The notes: a model not told the origin generated them from the letters alone. A DNA stretch of 64,000 bases from Octopus vulgaris (GCA_951406725.2 OX597830.1:76446001-76510000); one strand, 5' to 3'; counted from the stretch's first letter, positions 12,365 to 28,919 are shown. Numbers and translations: made by a program.

Positions 12365-13029
12365 TGCGTTTGGGTAAGCGGTGTACTATACCGGATGTAG
12401 GGGGTGATAACAAAAAGATGGCAACAATAAATTTACATGCAGGCCAACAAGGTAATCTTGACTTGATGTTAGTCAAATGAAGCGAGGAGAATAGCATTGA
12501 ACAGTTTGTGTATGGGGTTCCCCAACTATTCACAGCAACATCTAATATTACATTTTTAAAAAAATTTTGAAAGATCTCAACCTTTTATGGAACTCTAAAA
12601 CAGAATCTGCTGCCGATCCGCAATCTACGTAAAACTCATTATATACAAAACTGCCATTCGCTAGAGCTGACGAAATTTAGTCAACCGATAACATCTGACT
12701 ACGGCGTTCGAAACAACACATCCAATTTAGGTTGGACGTGCTAATTTATTTTCGTTAAAAGACTGTTTCCTTCGCTAACAGCTAATCCATACACAGCCGG
12801 CTAGCGTTTGGTGATATCACAGACTGTTTAACCAGAATTGAACTATATCGGTTTGACAGATTTTGGATCAGGTATTCGGTGATTGGCTACCGGCTGCTGA
12901 TTATCTCCAATCTATAGTGAAATCAAGTGACGTGATGTAGCAGTGCCATCCGCTGGTTCTGACAAAATTACATATGAACACACTCACGTAGAATACGAGT
13001 TGGTTATCGGAAAAGTAGTATAACTTACT

Positions 13030-13124
13030 TACATACATACATATATACATACATACATACATACATACATACATACATACATACATACATACATACATAC
13101 AAACATGCATACACATACATACAT

Positions 13125-13163
<39 letters not shown>

Positions 13164-13193
13164 GATAAATAAACAGATAGTTAGACAGTCAGG

Positions 13194-13248
<55 letters not shown>

Positions 13249-13320
13249 TTGGAAATATGTATGTATGTAAACATTTTACTAACAACCATTAGATAGCATT
13301 GTCAGTATAAATAATATATG

Positions 13321-13377
<57 letters not shown>

Positions 13378-14043
13378 ATATATATACATATACACAGACA
13401 TATACATACATATATTATATATGTATGTGTATGTATATATATGTATATATATATACATATAAATAAATAAATATATATATATGTATGTATATATATATGT
13501 ATATATATATATATATATACATGTATATATACATACATACATACATACATACATACATACATACATACATACACACATAGATATACACACACACAAGCGC
13601 ACATACATATATATTCATATATATATAATCATTAAGAAAAAGCGTTGAAAGCCTATGATAGATGCGTTGTATACATATTAAAAGATGTCTCTATTCAGAC
13701 GATCCCTATTAAACGCGCAAAAGACCAAGATACGCCGATGCAAAGATAGCAATCTAGACCTTATCACCAAGGCATGTATTTTAGATATACTAAACAGCTA
13801 GTAACCAATCTGAGCATGAATAAGAAAATGGCGTATCTTTAGGATAAATAAATAAATATGTAAAACACACAAGTAGCAGAAAAAAATATAAAATAAAACG
13901 AAAGGCACCAGAAAGAAATTCTTCTGATGTAGATAAAAAAGAAAGAAAATTTATGCGAATATATACATAGATATGTACGTACGTATGAAATTGGACGTGC
14001 GTCTGTATGCATGTAATGGTATATGTGTATGTAAGTATATATG

Positions 14044-14115
<72 letters not shown>

Positions 14116-14854
14116 CATGCATACACACATGTATATAATATATATGTATTTATATACACACATATATATATACACACGTATATGTTATAGTATATACATA
14201 CAAATATATATATATGTATGTGTGTGCATATATGTATACGTAGGTATATGCCTATATAGGCATGTGTAAATGTATACATATATACGTGAGCGAGTATGTT
14301 TGTGTGTGTGTGTGTGTGCGGCTGTGTGCTCTTGTACACGCCCACACGCGCCTACTCTTGCATAGAGATAAAGTATAGATAGACATGATACTTAATATAC
14401 ATACATGCATATGCACGTATAATACATTCAGACATGCATACACACACACACACATGTATATATATCCGTATGCATATATAAATATACATTTAAGTATCTA
14501 TCTATATATATGTATATATGTATTATATATATATATGTATGTACATAACACGTACACGCACACATGCACACTTATATACACCTATATAATACTAAGTTTA
14601 AAAGAAACACAGATTTAATTTGAGTGAGAAAGACGGTTTGACAGATACTCATGTAGAATAATAATGACAACATTTCGTAAAACCGTTTTTGTGTTCTTCT
14701 TTTTATTCCAACTCTAATAGCCTTTGGTATTTTCTCATTATCGACTTTCTCTCCATTAACATCGAGTAAATGACATTCCTCACCTATTTCTTTACCAATT
14801 TTCTTGAATTACTGCCGTTCTTCCAATTTTTTCTTTCATGGACTGTAATGTGTG

Positions 14855-14943
<89 letters not shown>

Positions 14944-14987
14944 ATATACATGTATATGTATTTCTGTGTGTGTATGTATATACGTAA

Positions 14988-15062
<75 letters not shown>

Positions 15063-15116
15063 TGCACGCATATATACATACAAATGTATGTACTGTATAT
15101 AAATACACACATATAG

Positions 15117-15176
<60 letters not shown>

Positions 15177-15317
15177 GTACTTGTGTGTGTGTGTGTGTGT
15201 GTGTGAGTGAGTGTGTACGCGCATATATACATGCAAACACATACACTTATATAAATACACACATATAGATGTATATATATATATACATACATGTATGTAT
15301 GTATATATACATATATG

Positions 15318-15361
<44 letters not shown>

Positions 15362-15540
15362 CATACACATATGCATATGCACATAGACACACACATACAC
15401 ATATATAAATATGTGTGTGTGTGTGTGTGTGCGTGCCAATTACGTATTTTATATATGTGTGGGCGTGTATGTAAAAATTTGGACGGAGTTTTTCTTTGTG
15501 TGTGTATGTGTTTACATGTGTTTGTGTGCATGTGTTTTCT
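13030..15540. repeat. Dense compound (TA)n/(TACA)n/(GATA)n/(TG)n microsatellite field
   Basis: Directly visible; similar fields at 9200-9680, 11050-11400, 19950-20600, 25850-27060, 27830-28790, 36700-37560, 46760-47868, 50140-51420, 57580-57880, 62050-63090. Confidence 0.95.
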
Positions 15541-15994
15541 TTGACTCTTTGTAAATTTCTTCTCCCCAAACTACATGTAGTGAATACAGTCTCTGCAACG
15601 ACAAGACTAATAACATTATATTATATCTCTCAAGAAAATCAAGAAATCTATCCGAATCTAAAGATCTGAATATAGAGATAACCAGAATGCGGCTATTTAA
15701 GACTGAAATCACCCTCATAATAATGGCTGCTTTGAGAATAATTAAAGAAAAGCAGTAAACAAACGTAAGCAATCTCAGCGCTCGTTTGGGTAAGTAATGC
15801 ATGCAATTAAAGAAGATTTCTGCAGAATAAATAATAAAACAGAAAACAAGAGCGTCTCTTAAACTCTTGACACAGTAGTGAAACTAGATATGAATGTCTT
15901 CATGTTCTCAAATTTTTGCTGGAAACGGAGTATTCTTATTTGAAATAGCTGTTTGGAATTGATTTCATATTCCTTCCCTCGCAAGAATCTTTTG

Positions 15995-16857
<863 letters not shown>

Positions 16858-17296
16858 TGTCAGCGTTGTTAATATACAACATATCAGAGGGGAACGACTG
16901 GAAGACTACATTATTTTCACAAAACAGTTGCTTCGCTACTCGAAGCTAATACCCAAACAGGAGAGGAAAAAAAGGTCTTACAATGGCTTTCCATGTGCTG
17001 CCTTTGCTAATACATGGCATACACCGCTTAAATAAGAGAAGTGAGAGAAAGAAAAAGAGAGAAAGCATGTGGTATGATGGAACGTATTGTTTTCAAAAAC
17101 TGAGGACACGATGAGACCACAGCTGATACATGACACACCTGCTCAGGAACAACTCTCACTGTACTTTGGGATGGAGGAATGCAACATATACCCCCTAGCT
17201 TATTTGTGGTGTATGCGCAGGTGATCAGCATCGCTATCAGTTTTGATGACAAGTGGTCAGATGGATTACTGCAGTCCTACAAAACCTCATGAACAA

Positions 17297-17465
17297 TGTC
17301 CTCATTATCTATTTATTCCTTGTGTGTCCTCACTATCTATTTATTCCTAGTGTGTCCTCACTATCTATTTATTCCTAGTGTGTCCTCACTATCTATTTAT
17401 TCCTAGTGTTTCCTCACTATCTATTTATTCCTAGTGTGTCCTCACTATCTATTTATTTCCTTGCG
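17297..17465. repeat. 28-bp minisatellite, about 6 copies
   Basis: Unit TGTCCTCACTATCTATTTATTCCTAGTG with few variants. Confidence 0.92.
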
Positions 17466-17845
17466 TGCAGAGGGAAGCAAAACATGTGCACATCCATAAA
17501 CGAAAACCTCGTTCAAATGCTATATTGACCATGTATGCAAATACACACCATTTTTTATGTGTCCATTTAAGGCTTAGAGATGAAGTTATTCGGTTAATTT
17601 TACGAAATAAAATATTCGATTTTTTTCCTTGAAAACCTTTTGCGTGTGCACATGTTTTCACGAATAAGTATTTAAATATCGAGGGAACTTCCAAAGTGTT
17701 GATGGTGATGGAGAAATAAATTGGTGCATGGTCCAAATGCAAATGTATCTGTATACATTGTCCTAAGCTACATATCACTCAGACGGAATATGTGGACTCT
17801 TACATTCCCCGCCACACAGAATATTCTGGAATTACCATTTTTTTT

Positions 17846-18225
17846 GTCTCTAGTTTCAGCTCAGAACTGCGACCATGCTGATGCGCCGCCGTTTTGCTAC
17901 ACTATTATTACTAAGAGACTCCGTTAATATGTGCCACTTGGTGAAGAATAGAGTTTGATATAATAGCTACCCTCATTTGCACCTCTTGCCGTGAAGTAGT
18001 TTCATCTGGGACTCTCGACACGAAGAGGTCCAGCTTTAATTTAAAGACCCCTACATCTACTTTTTGCAAGTTCTTCAGACGCTTTGGGAGTATATTAAAA
18101 AAACTTTGAGCCATTGAAACCCAGGATGTTGCAGTAACTGGTCCTGAAGCGTGATAGCGTTGCTGGGATCTTTGGACTTATACAGTGGCGTCCCGTTCTG
18201 GCATTGGTATAGCTTTCAATGCCAT
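17846..18225 (-). mobile_element. CR1-type LINE 3' fragment (diverged copy of 47868-48350)
   Basis: FNILPKRLKNLQKVDVGVFKLKLDLFVSRVPDETTSRQEVQMR and tail GGCGGCGCATCAGCATGGTCGCAGTTCTGAGCTGAAAC. Confidence 0.85.
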
Positions 18226-18373
18226 TCTTAAAGATTATTTGGAAAATACACGTGATCAAGAACCTAGGTTGTTCTGATCAATATACGTGACATTTTACTA
18301 TCTTTGATTCAGTTTGTTTGATTTATTAATAAGCTTGATATATTTTATTTATTCAATATTATTGATTTGTTAT

Positions 18374-18560
18374 GAGGCAGCGAGCTGGCAGAGCTGTTAG
18401 CATGCCGGGGGGGAAATGATTAGCGGAATTTCATCCGTTTGCACGTTTTAAGTTCGAACTACGCCGAGGTCGACTTTGAGTCTCGTCCTTTTGAGGTCGA
18501 TAAAATAAGTGCCAGTTGAATACTGGAATAGAACCTGTTGTCCTTGTTACCAAATTTGAA
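18374..18560 (+). mobile_element. Family B SINE, diverged
   Basis: GGCAGCGAGCTGGCAGA..GCCGAGGTCGACTTTG..GGTCGATAAAATAAGT. Confidence 0.8.
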
Positions 18561-18671
18561 GCCAATATTATTGTTTTACTATATTTATTGCGTTTTATTA
18601 TTATTAAATTTATTGCAATCATTTTCCAGAATGTTTAAAATCGACCCCTATAACATTCTGCATGATCTATC

Positions 18672-18885
18672 CTTTCCGTGTTTCATTCATTGGACTCTGA
18701 CCCTGCTGAGGCACCGCCATGAAGAATTCAGTCGAACAAAGCGACCTTAGTTCTTATTGTTTTAAAGTCCAATCCTTATTCTGTCGGTTTCTTTTATCGA
18801 AGCGTTAGATTACGAGGACATAAACAAACCAATACAGGTTGTCAAGCTGCGGGCGACAAATACAGATAGGAAAACACACAAACAC
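18672..18885 (-). mobile_element. Family A SINE 3' half, diverged
   Basis: GTTTCATTCATTGGACT..GCACCGCC..CTTATTCTGTCGGT..GGTTGTCAAGC matches 31620-31790. Confidence 0.65.
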
Positions 18886-18896
18886 AGAAATACATA

Positions 18897-19037
<141 letters not shown>

Positions 19038-19948
19038 AGGAAACGAAAATGAGCTCAGAGAAGTGATTTAGATTTTTTGTGACTTAGACATATACAGGTG
19101 TACTGAATACCATACAAGAAAAATGTTTTATTTTTCGGAAATTCTCTCCGCGTCTAGAAGATTTGACATGATTACCAAATGGCAATTAAGACGATCCCCA
19201 CTTATGAAGGGGAGACAATCCCTAGAATAAGGAATTAACAAAAGTTGATATGGCCTTAAGAAAAAGCGCGGCCATATTGTCAGGATGTAAGAGAGCCATA
19301 TATACGTGCTTCTGCCTAAATGAGCGTCATCATCACAGCTATCTAATTAACGTATTTCCAGTTTCGAAGGTACTTAGAATGATAGAAAAAGAGAAGAAAT
19401 AGATATTATTAAATCACGCAGAAGAACAAAGATACTTCTGTTTGGAGAAATGAGTTTGTTGTAGCCTATTTACTTAGTATACCACAATACTTGACCGGTG
19501 ATGATATCCACCCAGAGAAACAATAAAAATTGTTGAGTCGAGCCCCAAACAGAAATGTATTTGAAACATAAATAGCCATAACTAAACGTCTAAATTTACT
19601 CTAGCGCTACGAATGCTTCCTTTCCATACGTACCTCCTTCAATAAGGGGAAAAAAATGAATAAATAAATAAGGGGGTGGGGTGCTTGTTCGTCTAATGAT
19701 AGCAACCGTCGAAAAATGTGACAAATGATAGATGGTTTCTTCACTTATCGTTGATTCTATTCTTTAAGGAGGCGATATCCTTCTATGAGCACACACGTAC
19801 GTACACATACAAATGGACAGACATAGGCACACCACATATGAGAGCATACGCACGTAGAAACGTCATACGCACAAATTCATATTGAAATATGTATGAGGAT
19901 GCATGGTTGAATGGATAACCGATTGTAGCTAAATACTCAGAGCAAACA

Positions 19949-19993
<45 letters not shown>

Positions 19994-20184
19994 ATACACA
20001 CACACACATACACACACACACACAAGTACGCACAAACACATACATACGCATACACATTCACTTATCTATCTATCTATTTATATATACATACATAGATATA
20101 TACATGCATGTATACACACGTACATACACACATACACACATACATACATACATACATACATACATACATACATACATACATACA

Positions 20185-20218
<34 letters not shown>

Positions 20219-20470
20219 CATACATACATACATACATACATACATACATACATACAATACATACATACATACATATATATATGCATACATAGTGAATACC
20301 AGTGAAATAGTGATATTTGTTAATTTGTTTTCTACATGTGTAATGCTATTCGGTTTCATCATCTTTTCTTTATATATGTATATATACGTATACGAATTAA
20401 GGTATATATGTATTTAAATAAGTATACACACATATACATACACATACATACACATAACATGCATACATAC

Positions 20471-20552
<82 letters not shown>

Positions 20553-20704
20553 ATGTGTGTGTGTGTGCGTGTGTGTATACATACATACACACATGTGTAT
20601 AAATATTTGTATTGTTTTGCTTTGGAACTTTTTGAAAGAACGAACACGTGTTGGAAGTGTCAACAGCAAAATATTGCGCTAATGGCACACTCTACCGCGA
20701 ATTA

Positions 20705-20792
<88 letters not shown>

Positions 20793-20828
20793 CATCATCA
20801 TCATCATCATCATTATTATTATTATTAA

Positions 20829-20885
<57 letters not shown>

Positions 20886-20912
20886 CATTCATTATTATTA
20901 TTATTATTATTA

Positions 20913-21017
<105 letters not shown>

Positions 21018-21174
21018 CTTTGTTATTATGATTATACTATTATGTTCATTATGTTCATTTTTTTCTTATTTATATTATTGCTCTTATTCCCCTTACATTT
21101 TTATGTAGTGCACGTGTTTTTTTTTCGTTTATAACATGTATTTGTTTGTTTGTTTGTATGGATGCGCGCACGCC

Positions 21175-21216
<42 letters not shown>

Positions 21217-21295
21217 GGTGCGGGTGTGTGTGTATTGTTATTGCTTTTTTTCATTTTGATTTCGTTTCTGAACAACAATGACAAGATCAACAAGG

Positions 21296-21363
<68 letters not shown>

Positions 21364-21637
21364 TACTACAAGAAAATCAAGTATGATTGCAAAAAAGCAA
21401 AACGTAACAAAAGTAGCTATCGTACCAAGGGTACTATATCAGTAATCTTTACAGAATTATTTTTTTAGATGAATTTGGGATTACACACGCGCACACACGT
21501 AGACTCACTCACACATACACACAGAGGCAAACACACATAGATGAGTGTTACCTGTTAAATTCGAATATTCCCTAATGTTGGGATAATGAAATAGGGATAA
21601 GAATGTGCATTGTCCGTTTAATTGGAAAATTCTATAT

Positions 21638-21723
21638 GTGGCTGAAGATTGCTCGACATTTTAAAACTGATGTAATACTTACAGTGTTTAATAAAATGAA
21701 GTAGCATGAAACGATTGTACTAC
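21638..21723 (+). ncRNA. Type-I hammerhead-ribozyme-like motif with long stem II
   Basis: GTGG-CTGAAGA-T-TGCT...AGCA-T-GAAA-CGATTG-TA-CTAC; stem I GTGG/CTAC, internal CATTTTA/TAAAATG pairing. Confidence 0.6.
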
Positions 21724-22014
21724 TCTACCTTGGATATCCTTGTTGCTTATTTTGATTATAATCACCCCATTTGATTTATATGGATAATACCATACAAAAT
21801 TCTGGTGCCTTTAACTTAAGTACCATATTCATCTAAATGTAAATTTTGCTGAACTGATATATATACATATATATACATACATGCATATATATGTATATAT
21901 ATATGTGTGTGTGTGTATGTGTGTGTATACACATACAAACATACACACGCGCACATACACTCTCACACACAAACACGCACGCACAAAACACGTAAACAAA
22001 GGAGTTCATTCAAA

Positions 22015-22152
22015 TTGTACCAAATCACCTCAAAAATCTTTGATCGGACTGAGGCTAAAACAGACGACACTTGGACGAGGTGCAGCGCAATGGGACTGAA
22101 ACCGAAACCACGAGTTTGTGAAGTAAACTTCCACCCACACAGCTACACCAGT
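22015..22152 (-). mobile_element. Degenerate family A SINE head
   Basis: GACACTTGGACGAGGTGCAGCGCAATGGGACTGAAACC. Confidence 0.65.
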
Positions 22153-22895
22153 CACTTACCTTACAATTTCTTATTTCTCTTTTGCTTTGGTAGGTTGTTG
22201 AATTTGCGGGGGAATATTTTTATAATGGCTTTCTTGAAGCTCAGTCCTTGAAGCTCAGACCATATCACTTTACCATCATGAGTCTAACAGCTTGACCATC
22301 AGGTCATGTGTCCCGACTCGGTGGGGTTCGACAATAGTACAAGTCACACATTGAAGACAGTGAAAAAAATGTGTGGTTCGATCCAACCACGGATCACGTA
22401 GTTGCGATGCGAACTTCTTAACTAGGTAACTACGTTTGTAAGTAAACCTAAAAATTCTGCTGACGAGAATCTCTGCTATTAATGAATTCCACGATGATCA
22501 AACGTTGGATACATTGTTAGTGAGGTTATTTCGTTTTATTAGGTTTATATTTATGTATTTATGTATTTATTTATCAACTTACATTGTATCATCGCTAAGT
22601 TAGGAAGGTTATCTACTTTCAGCTTGATTAAACCTGCTTCCCCTGATCTCATTAATCATATACAGAGTATGACATTCTGGGGATGCCATACCTACCTACC
22701 AACGTACGTGCATATGTGTGTACGTACGTGGCTACTTACCTATATTCCCTGCACACACACCAACACACCCACCACCTACCCCCACATATGTATATATGTA
22801 TGTATACGTATACTCATACATACAGGTACACATATATACATAAATATACACATATGCATATATACATGCATATGTATATTTATGTACGTTTATAC

Positions 22896-22941
<46 letters not shown>

Positions 22942-23054
22942 GCACGTACAAATGTGTATGTGTGTGTGTGTTTATATATCAAATGGTGTTTCTTCCGATC
23001 AGTCGGTACTCAGAGTTTATTACCATTAGCATCTTTCACAAGACTCAACCTATA

Positions 23055-23650
<596 letters not shown>

Positions 23651-23889
23651 CCGTAAGGCAGCTGATGATGGGAATGTACGTTTGATATGCTTGTTTGTAT
23701 ATCTTTTATTATATCTTGGGATCTCATTATTCTGAGTCGTCCTTCATTCTGACAGGGTTAAAATTGTTTTGGGATTCATGGTTTGTGGTGATTAAATATA
23801 CTGAGATTTCTTGATTGACTTCTTGGATTATCTTATTTCGTTTAGGGTAAACTTAATAACTTAATGGCTTATAGTTTTGTTACGTTGTG

Positions 23890-23921
<32 letters not shown>

Positions 23922-23930
23922 ATATATATA

Positions 23931-24049
23931 TCACGTGATCACGTGACCGACCAGTCCATCAGATGTAGTTACACATCGCTGGTCACAATGCGCTCGCATT
24001 GTTTTAGCCTTCGAATGACGCCACCCCGCTGGCTAAGCGAGCAGGCCAA
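23931..24049 (-). mobile_element. Short structured retro-element 3' end in (TA)n, family unassigned
   Basis: GC-rich 119-bp island in TA repeats with hairpins CAATGCG/CGCATTG and GACCAG/CTGGTC and terminal (TCACGTGA)2; orientation inferred from that tail. Confidence 0.45.
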
Positions 24050-24137
24050 TATATATATATATAAATACATACATACATACATACATACATACATACATAC
24101 ATACATACATACATACATACATACATACATACATACA

Positions 24138-24170
<33 letters not shown>

Positions 24171-25913
24171 GCATACACACACACTCATATATATTAAGAA
24201 ATAAGTTCGCCAGGATTTGGAAAAAAAATATTTTTATTTATTCATTATTATTGGCGCTTTCGTTCATTTCTCGAACTTGTCAAATAGAATTTTGTGAATG
24301 TACAAACAGCCTGTTCCTGTTCATTTATATAAAACATTGGTTTTGTTTTTGGGGGTGAGTTTCCATGACAATGGGGATAGATAGATAGAAAGATAGGTAG
24401 GTAGATAGTGAAACCGATAGATAGATAGGTAGTGAGAGGAAGAGAGAGGCGGGGAAAGGGATTCCCCTTCCTAGTCACCATTCATTTATTCATTTAGTCC
24501 TTTACCATTGTATTGAAATGGATTTAAGGATGGTGACCTCTTCAAGAAAAAGAAAAAAAAAACAAGTGTACTATGATCATCACTGAAAGACTTTTTGCCT
24601 TCTTTTTCTCCTTTTTCCCTTTCTTCCCTTTTTTCTTCTTCCCTTACTTCCTTTTTCCTTTTGTCTCCCCTTTCCTCCTTTTTTCCTCGTTCTTTCGCTT
24701 TCTCTTCTTTGAGTTATATTTAGAATACAAAATGTACAGTCTCCGCTTTTTTTTCAAACATTCAATTTTGGAGAGAATTTTTTGATGAAATGTAGTTCCA
24801 TTGATTTTCGGATCGTCAAATGCTTACTTAATGGAATGTTGTACAATTCCTATTGTCGGGTTTGTTGACTGTGGATTCTTGCACTATAGAGTAAGTACCC
24901 ATAGTGTAAGCACCAAATTTAAAGTATATGAGTAATTTGTTCGACTAAAATCTTCGTGATATTTCTCTAGTGTGGCTGCAGTCCAATGACTGAAACAAGT
25001 ATAAGAGAAAATATAACAGATCAAATTCCGCTATCATCACCGACCCTTCGATTTTTTGCAGTACTCGATAATCTTGTATACCAATGGTTTATTATTACCC
25101 CGCCAGTAATTCTTGGTTGAACTTTGACACCCAACCCCGCCCCACCATCACCATTACATATAAGTGAGCGATTGGATAGTGACCCGACAATAGATCAAAT
25201 TAATGACGGTGCATTGTGATATCATTTTAAACAGAGCCAACAGGTTTTGGAAATAATATTACATATGGTGGCCTGTTGTAAGGAATGATATCTGACCGAA
25301 CAATGACTGTTATTGCATTCCATTTCAGACCGTGAATGTAAAACGCAAAAAAAAAACCCCAAAAAATAATAATAATAAAATTGAATGCACTCATTACAGG
25401 CTCTGCGCACACTCTGTCGTGGAACAATCAGATTCAATTTACAAATGACACGCGAACACACAAACACACACACAAACGTGCAAATACATATACACACATA
25501 CCCACGCACATATGTACACAAACACGCATAGATATACTATCACGCACACGCAGAAAAGTATACGCGCATACGCACATGTCCACTAATTCAAAAAGGTGAG
25601 GAATCTGATTCCATTTGCAAGACATGCGAACAAATAAAACATTAATTCAATAGGTAAATAAAATTTTTCTGTTAAAAGAGAAAACAAACATACAAACGCA
25701 TAAACACATACATAGATACGCACACACACACACACACACACTCGAACACATGTAACATATATACGCACTCACAAACACGCAATCATTCTTTCTCCCTCTC
25801 TCTCTCTCCCTCACACAAACATACACATTCACACATCCTGAGACTTTCAATTCAAGTATGTGTATACATGCATACATACATATATATGCGTATATTCACA
25901 TAAACACACACAG

Positions 25914-25951
<38 letters not shown>

Positions 25952-26149
25952 TTACATATATATAAATATGTATATGTATATATACGTATATATGTATACA
26001 TATATATAAATACGTATATATGCATATATACGTATATATATATATATATATATATAATTATATATATATATACATATATATATATACATATATATACATA
26101 CATATATGAATATATATATATGCACATATATATATATACATATGTGCAT

Positions 26150-26190
<41 letters not shown>

Positions 26191-26491
26191 TTTGTAGTCT
26201 CGCTCGATTTTCGGAAATCTTTTCGCAAACAAACCCTTGAGATCGTCGCCTTTTTTGATCTATGTCTTTTTACTGAAAAATAAACAGAAACCAACAAAAT
26301 AAAAAAGAAAAAAAGAATAAACATTCAACAAATTCTCATTATTTGCTTTCCAAGAATCACTGCACCAACCATTGTGTCAAAGAAACTTCCAGGCATCTTT
26401 TATTTTACCATTTCTCTATATCTACTGCTTTTTCAGAATCTCCCTTTCTCCCTCGTTTGCTCACACACTCGTAGGTTTGCATAGAAGAGCG

Positions 26492-26548
<57 letters not shown>

Positions 26549-26554
<6 letters not shown>

Positions 26555-26666
26555 ATGTGTGTGTGTGTGCGCGTGTGCATATACGTATAGGTGTATGGGC
26601 ATGTGTGTGTATATGCCCATACACCTATACGTATATGCACACGCAAACACACACACACATACACGC
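26549..26666. repeat. Long inverted repeat (foldback)
   Basis: Perfect 32-bp arms 26571-26602 and 26613-26644 with a 10-nt loop; extends a further 22 bp with 2 mismatches. Confidence 0.92.
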
Positions 26667-26790
26667 GCGCGCACACACACACATACATCCACGCGCACAC
26701 ACACACACATGCTCACGCACACAGAAACATACATATATGTATGTATGTTTAAATATATGTGTATTCATGTATGCGTTTGTATAAACACAC

Positions 26791-26826
<36 letters not shown>

Positions 26827-26904
26827 ATACATATATATACATACATACATATATGAATATATACATATATATATGTGTATATACATACATACATACATAT
26901 ATAT

Positions 26905-26959
<55 letters not shown>

Positions 26960-27642
26960 CATATACCGATGCGTATGTATATGCGTGTGTGTGTGAGAAA
27001 GAGAGAGAAAGAGAAAGAAAGAGAGAGAGAGAGTGTGTTTGGGTGTGTGTTTGGGTGTGTGTGTGTGCGTATAGCTATCTATCCAGCAATCAATCTAACA
27101 CACGCCCATAACAGATTCTCTCTTCACACATCTTTCACTCTTTCCTTCTCACTTATCCTTCTATTTCCTACTCTCTCTCTCTTTCTCGCACTTTCTCTCT
27201 CCCACTCTCACCCCCTCTTCCCTCTCTCTCTCTTTCTCTCCCTCATTTCGTGTCTTTTCTGGTTCTTTGTGTGAAAAACGCGCGTAATCTCGTGATATAC
27301 TCTCATAGAGAAACTCACCAATTTGCCAAACACCAAAACTATATTACTTAACACGATATGAATATCACACATCGGATTTCCCCCTCCTTCTCCTCCTCCT
27401 CATCCCTTCCCCCTGACTCACGTGCACACACACACACACATACACTCACTATCCCTTCCGCTGTAAACTGATATATGCCATTCTTCTTCTTCTTATTATT
27501 ATTATTATTATTATTATTACTCTTATTATTATTATTATTATCATTATTATTATTGTTGTTATTATTATTATTATTATTATTATGATAATTATTATTATTA
27601 TTATTGTTATTATTATTATCATTATTATTATCATTATTATTA

Positions 27643-27738
<96 letters not shown>

Positions 27739-27927
27739 AGAAATTATTCAATCCAATTCCATTGTCGATTTCGTCTTTCCTATCAATTTCTTTAATCGTT
27801 TCCACTGTCATGATGCTCACCAAAACCTTGTGTATATATATATATATATACATACATATATATACATGCAAATATACATACATGTATGTATATATATGTA
27901 TATATGCATATACATATATGCATATGC

Positions 27928-27990
<63 letters not shown>

Positions 27991-28400
27991 TATGAGTACG
28001 TATAGACATACATAAATATATACGTACCTGTGCGTACGTCAGTATATGTATATATAGTAAGTATTTAATTGTGCATATTATACATATATAAAAATGTGTG
28101 TGTGAGTGCATTTGTGCGCGTGTGTGTGTATGTGTGTGTGTGTGTGTGTGAGCGTGCGGTTCACTTGCACTGATGCGTCTCATAAAACTTTGCGTTTCAT
28201 ATAGTTCTTGCCGAAATCTTTGTGGTGAACCTTTTGTTATTTTTATCTGAAACATGTAAGGACAGTTGTCAGCATGTATAGGAATATGTTTCCTGTATAC
28301 ATACATGCATGCATACATATATATGTGTGTGGGTAGATATATAGTCTATGTACATATACAGATATGTCTAACATCTATCTATCTATCCATCTGTATCTAA

Positions 28401-28441
<41 letters not shown>

Positions 28442-28640
28442 GGTAGATTGATAGATTGATCGATAGATAGATAGGTAGATAGACCGACAGATAGATAGAT
28501 AGACAGATAGATATATAGATAGATAGATAGGTAGATAGAGATACGGAGATTGATATCTATATATATACACATACATATATGCATTTTTATTAACATATAT
28601 GTGTATGTCTATGTATGCACATATGTATGTATAAATATGC

Positions 28641-28761
<121 letters not shown>

Positions 28762-28866
28762 AGTATGTATGTATACGTGCACATACACCTCAAGACGCAA
28801 AGAAGTCTGCTCTGACAAAACAATACAAACACCCAGAGGAACATACATTTGGAATATTTCAAGCAG

Positions 28867-28919
28867 ATTCTACCGTTTCATCATTTGTACTCCGTACTCC
28901 AGTTACTCGTGAGGCTCCG
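28867..28919 (+). other. Candidate short exon
   Basis: TTTCAAGCAG acceptor (NAGNAG, weak tract) and consensus donor CCG|GTGAGT; open frame [18 protein letters not shown]. Confidence 0.2.

Noticed and set aside
12664-12720. CTGACGA..CGAAAC hammerhead candidate
   Set aside because: No closing pair for stem II next to the core and no stem I/III or UH site
14784-15569. Long YI/HT/CV-repeat ORFs here and throughout the track
   Set aside because: Translations of (TA)n, (CA)n and (TACA)n, which lack stop codons
17297-17465. CRISPR-like array
   Set aside because: Contiguous tandem units without spacers, eukaryotic context, no cas genes
22458-22510. CTGACGAG..TCAAACGTT hammerhead candidate
   Set aside because: G12 absent and no stem I
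23658-23760. CTGATGA..GAATG/CATTC hammerhead candidate
   Set aside because: GAAA half missing; at most a decayed copy
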